The translations under genes and the position numbers were made by a program. A stretch of 63,891 bases of DNA, the filler included, from Collodictyon triciliatum (Eukaryota): the NCBI GenBank assembly GCA_043381765.1. It is 4 parts of 4 records of this genome, joined end to end, with 100 filler letters (N's around TTAATTAATTAA, not from the genome) between each part and the next. Parts side by side here need not be neighbours in the genome. Positions count along the whole stretch, not along the records: positions 42,048 to 57,449 come from JBHJMP010001048.1; positions 57,550 to 63,891 come from JBHJMP010001055.1; 2 more parts are not named here. One strand, given 5' to 3'. Below are positions 54,000-63,891 of the stretch, piece by piece. How positions within the stretch are numbered: position 1 is the stretch's first letter; every line of letters starts with the position of its first letter. The notes beneath the pieces are model-generated. The model saw nothing but the letters and a program-made list of their open reading frames with translations, made no database searches and was not told where the DNA came from.

Positions 54000-56590
54000 A
54001 TACATCACTTATGCGGTCCCAGTATTTTTCCTCCCGTTCTTGATGCGAACGAGCGCCTGTTTGGTCGAATCCTCATCATATTCGCAGCACAACAAAAATT
54101 GAATTTTAAGCCGCTCTAATGTTGTAAACTTGTCAAATATGTTTCATAAAAAAGGAGGAAAAGTAAAGCAGGTATGTCTCATCAAGGTGGCAACACGGAG
54201 TTAATCACACACGGATTACAACTGCCTCAGTTATGACGCTCCTCTGATCTGTTTTATGAATTCCTTGAACCTCTTTGCTTCGAAACTGCAGATAAAATCA
54301 ATCAAATTAAAAAAATTAATATACAATTGGGACAAAAAGGAGGAATGTTGTTAGTAGCAGACATACGTAATGCCTTCATACAAATGGCATTTTCAGTTAA
54401 TATGATAAAATATAGGGAAATGGTATTTTTTGCGATAAAGCAGTTCTACATACCAGGTTTGTGAGCTCTATCGTGTTCTCGACGTTCAACACAATGAGGC
54501 GCTTCTGGATTTACATCACTGATGTGCAAAGGAGTAAAAACCGTTCATGAACAATAAAATGAGCGTGCTAACTTACCTCTACAAAAGAATATGATAAATA
54601 TCACCTCATATGTGTGGCTAACAGCTTTGTTATATATTAGCTTTTTTGTTCATTCAAGCTTAATTATCAAGGCTCTGGGTTTCACGGAACAAGCGTTGAT
54701 GATATATTATTCGATTGATGAAGGCACAAATCATTTTTCATGAGGTATGCAAACGCCTAATGAAAGCAGCCGCACTTGTATGACAAATGATTACTTTAAT
54801 GTATAAATACAGGAAAATACATGATTCTGATGCTTTTTTCCTCTTGGACGTGTCATTATCATTTTCTTTTCCCTCACTTTCAGAATCGCTGCCATATTTG
54901 TTATCACCTTAATCATATAGTCTCATATTCTTCGCTCGGCTCTCCTGCTGCAGTTTTTCTTCTCGCTTCTGAAGCGCAAGTCGATCTAGTCCGAGGATAT
55001 ATTGATGTCTTTGCAGCCCAGCGGATACTTTAGTTCACTTCCTACCTTGACTTGCGAGCAACCCTCCAACCTTCGCTGTGTGTTGTGTGATTGTAATTTG
55101 AGGGGAGCCAAGTAAGTATTGTAGATGGGCAAGAAAGAAAGAAAAATAAATTAACAATTATTCAAGCACAGATATTTATGAACCTTCTGTGTTTCAAAGT
55201 CCAACGTTTCAGGTCTTCCGACAGAACCACCGCGTCGATTCTATCGTCTCCGCTACTTTTTTTTCATCGCATTGATGGTGTTTTTGATTTTGGAGATAAT
55301 CACTCAGAATACATCTCTGTGAATTTTGGTGATTGTCTTTGCTCTATGAAAATAAGACGACAGATATGTTGGACGAAAGAAAAAGATTTGTAGTGCTTCA
55401 AAGAAGTCATAGTTTTTTTCAATGAGCACGGTATTGGATGCGTTACGGCTTTATCCCAATACTCTAAAAGAATTTTCTATAGGCAACTATTGCAATAGAA
55501 GCATAAATATAATATATCGTATGAAATAGAGGAAGATTGGAAGAGAAACCTTTTTTTTAGATTCTCAGGCTCGTTTGTATTCTTCCCCAGAGCTATGCTT
55601 TCAGCAACCAAAGGGCGATCTTTTGCCTCTGGGCAAGCTGCTTTCGACAGAATAGATGCAACCCCCTGGCCAAGAGATTCCAACATCCGCAGTCACTGTA
55701 TTTAATCCTTAAAAGACGTTTAATTAAAAAAAACCAAGTAAAAAGGCTGGATAACAGTTAAAAATCGAGACAATTAATTACTCAAGACACGGCCTTGTGA
55801 AAAAGGTTTTGTTTGCCGCAAAGAGCCATGCTCACAACCAGAGCACTTCCCACCACCACAGAGTCAAGNNNNNNNNNNNNNNNNNNNNNNNNNNNNNNNN
55901 NNNNNNNNNNNNNNNNNNNNNNNNNNNNNNNNNNNNNNNNNNNNNNNNNNNNNNNNNNNNNNNNNNNNNNNNNNNNNNNNNNNNNNNNNNNNNNNNNNNN
56001 NNNNNNNNNNNNNNNNNNNNNNNNNNNNNNNNNNNNNNNNNNNNNNNNNNNNNNNNNNNNNNNNNNNNNNNNNNNNNNNNNNNNNNNNNNNNNNNNNNNN
56101 NNNNNNNNNNNNNNNNNNNNNNNNNNNNNNNNNNNNNNNNNNNNNNNNNNNNNNNNNNNNNNNNNNNNNNNNNNNNNNNNNNNNNNNNNNNNNNNNNNNN
56201 NNNNNNNNNNNNNNNNNNNNNNNNNNNNNNNNNNNNNNNNNNNNNNNNNNNNNNNNNNNNNNNNNNNNNNNNNNNNNNNNNNNNNNNNNNNNNNNNNNNN
56301 NNNNNNNNNNNNNNNNNNNNNNNNNNNNNNNNNNNNNNNNNNNNNNNNNNNNNNAGCTCATATTGGAGAGGCACAAGATAATGACACGGCACACTTGCAG
56401 ACCATATCCCAAAAACAGTCACCAAATAAATAAAATAAAAAACAAGGTTATTTTCAATCATATACAAATCAGAATAAAAGTTCGTCAGAAAGGCAGCAAC
56501 AAAGAGGCACATATCAACCCACCTCAAAGTAAATCGAGATGTGGACGTGGACAGACTTTGTCGGGTAACTTGGAAAGGCATCCATGATTT
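54000..56590 (-). CDS. Fragments of one or two small multi-exon hypothetical genes, interrupted by a gap
   Basis: Spliceable exons such as DDRIDAVVLSEDLKRWTLKHRSEGWRLLASQDRLALQKREEKLQQESRAKNMRLYD* and RLKIQFLLCCEYDEDSTKQALVRIKNGRKILGPHK*. No family recognised. Confidence 0.35.
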
Positions 56591-57449
56591 TATACCTAAA
56601 TGTATGATGAATTTTAACGAGAAAAAAATAATGTCATTGAATGTCAACACGAAGGCCTCCCGAGGGAAAAGCATATCGTAGAAAAAAATACCTCTTTTAA
56701 AATAATTTGAGATGGCTTTTTTCTTTGTTGTGTGTACTGTAAGCTGAATTCCGTCCGCATAAAATACTCTTCATTTCTCTGAAACGATAAATCGGATATA
56801 AAATATGTTTCCACTTTTTTTAAATTAGGATACTTCATACCATGGATTTTTTTCTATTATAATGATGATTGGGATAGAGTATACACTTTGTGAAAAGAAA
56901 AAATATAGTTATCGTTACCACCATTTTTCCAGAAAAAACGAGACACGTTTCAGACTTACTGCTGTGGATTAGGTCGGTGAAAACTTACTGCTGTTTTCCC
57001 TCAAGCGAGCCTTCGACATATATTATTGTTTTAAAATACACAAAGGAACCAGCATGTTCATTATCATTCTATTATAATCAAAATATAATCAAAATCCTGA
57101 ATAAACCCTCTCCCACGTGAGCTATACTGTTACAGAAAATAATTAATTATGTTCATGTAATATTCACAAAAACAAAACAAAAAAAAAAGCGTACCCTCGA
57201 TTTTTCTCTTGGTTGGTCACAATCTATGCCTTGAAAAGACGCTTCACAGCCTAAATCGTTCATGTGTCCTTATGTGAGATAATATGACACGTAACTGAAT
57301 TATGATTGCATATATGTACCGTAGATTGATTACTTATTCTTTCATGTTCGAATAGTTCAAACATTAACCACATAATCCGGGCGATTCACTGTCTCATCCA
57401 CAGCTCAATTTGGTCCTAGAGGCGAAGGCGGTTTCCTCGACTTTGTTTT

Positions 57450-57549
57450 NNNNNNNNNNNNNNNNNNNNNNNNNNNNNNNNNNNNNNNNNNNNTTAATTA
57501 ATTAANNNNNNNNNNNNNNNNNNNNNNNNNNNNNNNNNNNNNNNNNNNN
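57450..57549. other. Artificial contig linker
   Basis: N-TTAATTAATTAA-N, 100 nt. Confidence 0.97.
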
Positions 57550-57683
57550 AAAAAGAAAAGAAAAAGAAAAGAAAAAGAAAAGAAAAAGAAAAGAAAAAGA
57601 AAAAGAAAAAGAAAAAGAAAAAGAAAAAGAAAAAGAAAAAGAAAAAGAAAAAGAAAAAGAAAAAGAAGAGAAAGAAAAAGAAA
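57550..57683 (+). repeat. (GAAAAGAAAAA)n simple repeat
   Basis: 11-mer purine repeat at scaffold start. Confidence 0.93.
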
Positions 57684-57771
57684 ACCACGAAAAAAATTAG
57701 GTTCATAAGAATATATCAGGTCGATAACAAATGCAGGGTAATATATAGTTCATCGATTGGTTCTTGTTTCT

Positions 57772-60700
57772 TTAAAATGAAAGGATAGGAAATCGCAAGG
57801 CAAGGGCGAATGGAAGGAATACAGCGATAATAAGTGCAGTGATTTCACTCTGGTCGACAATTCGGTCGTCCTCGTGCTCGATGCTCTTCAAAAGTTCAAT
57901 AGATTGCGACAGTGCTGAAAACAGATCGACGATTGAAGATGAATACTTCGCATCACTATTAATCATCGTCCACTAATTCACGAACGGGTGTTAATTTTTT
58001 TTTAAAAAAAATTGTAATTAAGAGTGAAAAAAAAGGAAGAAGTGTTGAATATAAAATACAAAATATTAACTATAAAACAGAAAATACAAGAAAAAATAAA
58101 GGAAAGATTTAGGAAAATATCCCAAGTTAGTTGAATGCTAAATAATCAATTATAAATATTTACTGTGAGTTATGTAGATACATGAAAAAAACATTACTTG
58201 GTCGGCCGAACAAAATCGATTAATCCAGCTTTTGTATTGAGCAACAATGGTTCTGACCCAGTTGCAAATCACATGTGAAAAGAGTGTCACTACTGGCAGA
58301 GGCTGCTCACTAAAAATTCAAAATCTTTGAATTCACAAAATCCAAAATATCTCAAAATTCATGTGAATATATGTATATCACCCTCTCCATCTAATTGTAT
58401 AAAATTAAAAGAAAACACACTCTTTAAGATATTCCGAGAACGTGTCACGCATGGTTTTCCATTTCTTGCATATTTGTAATACAAGGAAAGAATCCGATTT
58501 TCCTTCTCCAGACTGACTCTGGGCAAGAAACAAAAGCCGCTCTGATATCAATTTGTAGAAGCGATTCACAAATACGGGTAGGATTTGAATATTCCTGAAG
58601 GACAAAAATATATAAATAAAGTAAAATAATGATAAAAACATAACTAAGTATATAAACATCTCAGAAATTAAATACCATATTCAAATTAATTCATAAATTA
58701 CAAAAGTTGAAGAAAAGTGACACAAAATGATAGGAGACACCAGAGCATAAAGAGCCATTATAATAGAACAAAAGTCTTACTCTGGAAATGCGGTTCCGTA
58801 CTGACGGATGCTGACCAGGTCTTCATCAATCATGTTCAGGACGAAGGTAAGCTCTTCAACGGTCAGTTTCTCATCAGACACGTTTCTCCCGGTGACGGAC
58901 TCTTTAATGTACTGATAATTGTGCTCAACAGCAGCCTAATACAATTCATTATGGACGATTAAATTTCGTAGACACATTTTGCAACAACAAGAAATGGTTC
59001 AGAAAATGGCACAAGTAAGAGTGTCGGTCGTGTAGTGTTTCATCCAAAAAGAATTAACCTTGACAGAAAGTTCGATCCATTCTGAAAAAAGGGAGTAACT
59101 GACTCTGTCCTCTACTTTATCGATTATAAGGTACAGTTTACTGAGCAGTTCCAGAATCACAATCAGTTTTTTTAAAGCGTCCATGTGGTCCACTCGATTA
59201 ACCTGGAATATTTCTGTAAATGATTCCAGTCTCTTCTGTAGCAGAGTCTGCAGCTTATCCAGAATTCCATACAAAATTTGTGTCTAAAGAGAGTAAATAT
59301 CTAAGCAAAACAGCTACTCTATTTACATCAATATTAAAACAACAAGAGATCAAACAATATTAATTTGTGCAACAATTCCGGTCGTTAAATCTATTGCCAG
59401 AATTCTTTGGTTGCTAGTGTTCGATGTGATCAATTGAGTTGTCATTATACACCACCTCTTTGATTGTAGGGAAGGCTGATTGGTCGATGTAAGCTCCGTG
59501 AATCACATTCAATTCCGTTTCAATCAATTCGAGATGGGAATAGGTATGATCGAATGTCTCGATAAGAATCCGAAGAAAACTGTGAAGTTGCATACTTTGA
59601 TGAGGAAGACACCGCTGATTTTTCTTATAAAGAATACTTCATAAAAGAATAGGAAAAGGAAAAAGGGGGATAAAGACTCACCAAATCCGCTGGAATAAAA
59701 ATCCAACGCCGTAGTAAACCGCATATCTGTCTAATATTTCCTCTGCTATTGCCGAGAGAGGTTGCAGTGATAGAGTTGTGGATGCCATCTTTGATTGCTT
59801 CTTATTTTGAACAGGACCATAAGGGTTCTCATAGGATATCAATCTTCTTAAGAGGCTCATATAGAGCGTTTGAAAGTCTTCTTGATGAAATACCGACTCT
59901 CCTTTCTTCCTTTCAGGCTTGTAAGTAAAAGAAGACAAGGAGAATGGGGTCACAGCTTGCTTATGTAAGGTAAGCAACACAGAGTCCAGGAAGGCATCCT
60001 CCTTTCTATACCATTGCTGGAATACTGATGGATCCTGAAATATTATTTTAATATTTAATTAAAGAAAAAGAAAAAAAAGAAGAAAAATAGAAAAGAAGAA
60101 AATAAGAAAATAAGAAAATAAGAAAAGAAGAAAAGAAGAAAAGAAGAAAATAAGAAAATAAGAAAAGAAGAAAAGAAGAAAAGAAGAAAAGAAGAAAAGA
60201 AGAAAAGAAGAAAAGAAGAAAAGAAGAAAAGAAGAAAAGAAGAAAAGAAGAAAAGAAGAAAAGGAAAGTAAATATTACGTATCACTGTGTTTTACATTAA
60301 CCAAACCAACCTTAAAGTTCTCTATGTTGTAGTGTGGGTGGTTCATAATAAGCCCTTGTCTTTTTTCAAAAACAAATACAGCGGTCTGAATTAAAATTAA
60401 AGAGTTAAATATTTCCGGCGATTCGGAAGTGGGGAAGGGGAAGGATTGTAGCTATTTTTCTTGAAGATATCTTTAATTGAACTGTTTCTATCCATTTGTT
60501 ATTTTCTCTTTATTACTTATTATCATTATCGGTATTATAATCATCATGATTGTTTTGATTTGTGAAAGTGGCCACTCCTTACAGTTAATGATTTGGGTAA
60601 TCAAATGACATAGCGAAAATTACTTGCAATGAGCTGGCTTTCTTCATGCTTTCAACAACATTTTCATGAGTAGGATTGATTTTTAGAATTTCAATCATCA

Positions 60701-61613
60701 TTTGCTGGCACTCAGAGATGGTGTCGGATTGGTGCGTGGGAAACACCAAACACCTCATTAGTGATTCAAAGATACTTAATCCCTGTAAAAAAATAAGAAC
60801 AATAAATTGAGCGTCACAAGCAGTTGTTGATTAAGCGCAATAAACAAAATTTAGGAAAGAGTCTATGACAGAATTAAGTATTTAAAATGAGTTATTATCT
60901 GCATATTTTTTTATTTTAAAGCCGTATTTAAATGAATAATTCTCAGTTCATTTGGAATAAAAAAGAATTACTGATGATTTTTATGCAAAATTATTTATGT
61001 CAAACCTCTGTTCCTATGCTTTGCACAGGCATTTTGTTTTTTTTGTAGAATGAAATAAACATCTGCTGGTACGTTGATGTTCGAATATGAGTCATCCATT
61101 TTTCTATCTCCTCTGCGCTATCACTAGATACTTCTAGACAATCGCAAGAAGACTTTAGCTGAAAACGGTATTCGTTTGCCTTGCTTGAGAGGACAGGGAC
61201 TATCTGAGCGCTCATCGTAGGCATTAACGATATAATGGCCTTAGACTATGTAAATTAAATGCCTTGAGTTTTACATTCTTCAAAAAAACACACATTCTTA
61301 TGCAAACTCGAGTTCTTTCTCTCTATCACTTTTTTTATAAAAAAATTTACAAAAAAGAAAATATGCCTCATCTATGGGGAGGGAATAGGTTATCTCAAAA
61401 AAAAATTAACAACAATAACAATAACAAAAAATTACTTCTTTTGATTTCAACAAATACAGGACTCCTTCTTTCAGTTCTAGCCACTGAACTTTTGATCGAA
61501 CGTTCAAATATCCGGAATAAGAAATCTTTACGATAGCCTAATTGCGTCATTACAACAATTTATGATTTTTTTCCTTTTCATTATTTGAATATTGCAAGAA
61601 AGTAAAAACTTTT

Positions 61614-61645
<32 letters not shown>

Positions 61646-63740
61646 ATGTAAGCATTGTAGCAAACAAAGCGTTCAATTATTCTCAGTATGTATAAGAATG
61701 GTTCAAACTTGGTATGCATCATCATGTTGCCCATCATCTTCCAAATCATTGGAAATAAGGGTTCCCCATGTTACATCCCGTGTAGTGGTTGAGTTAGAGC
61801 CAAGTTTTTGTTTGTTGGCCAATGCAGATTTCGGGGTAAATGAAGAAACCATCGGGCGCGAACTAAATTCGCCTGGAAGAATGATTGGCGCTGAAAGTCC
61901 CATTTTCTGATTCAAACAAGTTGATTTTGTGCTTGCATCATCCATTTCTTCCTTGATGGCTTCGAATAACTCTGGGAGACGTTCAAATTGCTGAGAATGC
62001 CTAGTCTTTGAAGTTGATGATGTAGATGATGCAGACGATGCAGATTTATTCTGTGGCGCAGAAGTAGAGTTTTGAGAAGTTGAACCCGAACCGGACTGTG
62101 CAGAAGGACTTTGGGTTGTATGTAAATTAGATGTATGCAATGACGATGTAAGCGAAGATACAGCTGGGAGAGAAGCATGCGAATGTGATGTAACTTTGGG
62201 ATCTTTCTGCACAAATCTGGTGAGATCGGATTCTTTCATAGCACTCCTGTACATATTCAACAGTTGATCGGAGCTTTGGTATTCTGCGTCGTGAGGATCA
62301 TCTGTCTCCTCAGAGTTTAGGCGAACTGGGAAGCAAGAATGTTTTGGAGCTGGAAGATTCGGTTGTGGGACGATATAATCCAATGTAATAAATTCTGCTA
62401 CAACATGTTTCGATTTTCCAAGCTTTTTGCTGAGAATATACCAACCACGAGAGAAAGTGGAGCTATTGACAAGATAGTTATTGGTTGTTCCTGGTTTTTG
62501 CTTGAGAGATGGCTTATAGCCCCATTCTACGATTTGTTTGGGATCGAAGGAGTTTTTGAGTTTCTCCAAAAGGTCCTGAACTTCCCCCGCAAGAAGGTAG
62601 TAACCACGACCGAGGCGGTGAATTGAGGATACACTAGGATAGGTGTGCTCCGTCAAAAGGTTTGAAAGGGAGAGTAAATCTTCTTCTGACGAATATTCCC
62701 CTTGTTCTCGTAGTCTCTGATCCGTCATGACCTTTTGGAGGATATCTAATGGGTCTACTGTTCGGAAGTGGACGATGAACTTGTAAGACGGTCTCTTGAA
62801 AAGCATTGAAATTTTTGTGGAAGCCTCTCCCAGTTTAAAAAGATGGCAGGCAACTTTTAGAGATGAATATCCTTGGTAGAGTGCTGGGTTCAGATTGACG
62901 ATGTGTTGGAATTGTGTGGAACTTTTTGCACTAGAATTTCCTACATAAGAACTACAATGGCCTACAAATGCGCCTCCTCGGTCGACTCTCATGAAAACAT
63001 CGAACGAATTTGATGTCAAGATGGTCTCATGGAGCGATGATATGATTTTTTTGATCTCGTCACAGGCATAATCTGTTTGATAAAAGTAAACAATATACGA
63101 AAGTTATTAGCCATTATGTAAAAAATAGTATACCTTTTTTTTTTAAAAAAAATATATTTTTCATTTTCAAATTATTTTTTTCAAAATATATTGAAATATA
63201 AAGGGGAAAATGTATAACGTGCTGGAATGGGGCCTTGTACACTGATTATTATTATTATTACGATTTTTTTTGTTATACTTAAGATTTGATAATCTATATC
63301 GTTGATTTCGTTGATGTCGTTGTGACCATCCCGCAAGACGAGCCAGTCAGCCGATTTTGAGAGGATGTTTGGTTTTGATATGTGCTCAGAGGGATTTAAG
63401 AGGATTGGAATGGTTTGACACGCCACATCAAAAGCATCTGGAAGACTATTTCCAAGGCACAAAGCCAGAGAAGATGAGCGAAGCAATCTGCTTGTTGCAG
63501 GAAAAGGATAGCTTTCAAGCAACACCGAGATATTTCTAAAATCAGCCTCATTTCCGACCTTTGAAAATGATAGCTTATCGATTGTACTGGGATTCCAAAG
63601 CACGATGGCCGCTTTAGGCAGTTGAGTCCACTGATATGTCTCTTTTGCACTGTGGGACAAGACAGCCCATAGAATGGAAACGACGTCAGGGACAACAGCA
63701 TCGTCCTCGGGGTTGTAGACCGAGCTCTCGGCGACGGGCT
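57772..63740 (-). CDS. Large multi-exon Munc13-like protein (PH domain, ubiquitin-fold/RA-like segment, MUN/MHD1 region), truncated at both ends
   Basis: PH-like KKEGVLYLLKSK..YRFQLKSSCDCLEVSSDSAEEIEKWMTHIR. MUN-like LSAIAEEILDRYAVYYGVG and LFSHVICNWV..SWINRFCSADQWTMINSDAKYSSSIVDLFSALSQSIELL. One long exon at ~61703-63070. Confidence 0.7.
60061..60265 (+). repeat. Intronic (GAAAAGAA)n repeat
   Basis: 8-mer purine repeat. Confidence 0.93.
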
Positions 63741-63771
63741 GGTGACAAGAAAAGAGAAGGTGACAGAGAAA

Positions 63772-63891
63772 TGATAGAGATGAGATAGAGATNNNNNNNA
63801 GATAGAGATAGAGATAGAGATAGAGATAGAGATAGAGATAGAGATAGAGATAGAGATAGAGATAGAGATAGAGAGAGAGAGAGAGAGAGAG
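63772..63891 (+). repeat. (GATAGA)n/(GA)n microsatellite
   Basis: Direct inspection. Confidence 0.95.

Overview
Eukaryotic (protist) nuclear DNA with many spliceosomal introns. It is four scaffolds joined by artificial 100-nt N/TTAATTAATTAA/N linkers (25519-25618, 41948-42047, 57450-57549). Scaffold 1 (1-25518): single-LIM protein, major vault protein (MVP, with a GC-AG in-frame intron), a large coiled-coil/EF-hand protein, an orphan gene, a 2-O-sulfotransferase-like gene and BBS1 (which suggests a ciliated/flagellated stage). Scaffold 2 (25619-41947): one complete minus-strand rDNA unit (18S-ITS1-5.8S-ITS2-28S). It has a 726-nt group I intron at L2584 with a repeat-filled P1 loop, and a hierarchically repetitive, hairpin-rich intergenic spacer. 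Scaffold 3: CTD small phosphatase, a multipass membrane protein and the most unusual gene in the window, a spliced Ig-like + malectin + BC-box + FBA lectin + TPR protein (candidate glycan-reading Elongin BC/cullin E3 receptor). Scaffold 4: a partial PH/RA-like/MUN (Munc13-like) gene. All gene models were spliced by eye and all domain calls come from recalled motifs, not database searches.
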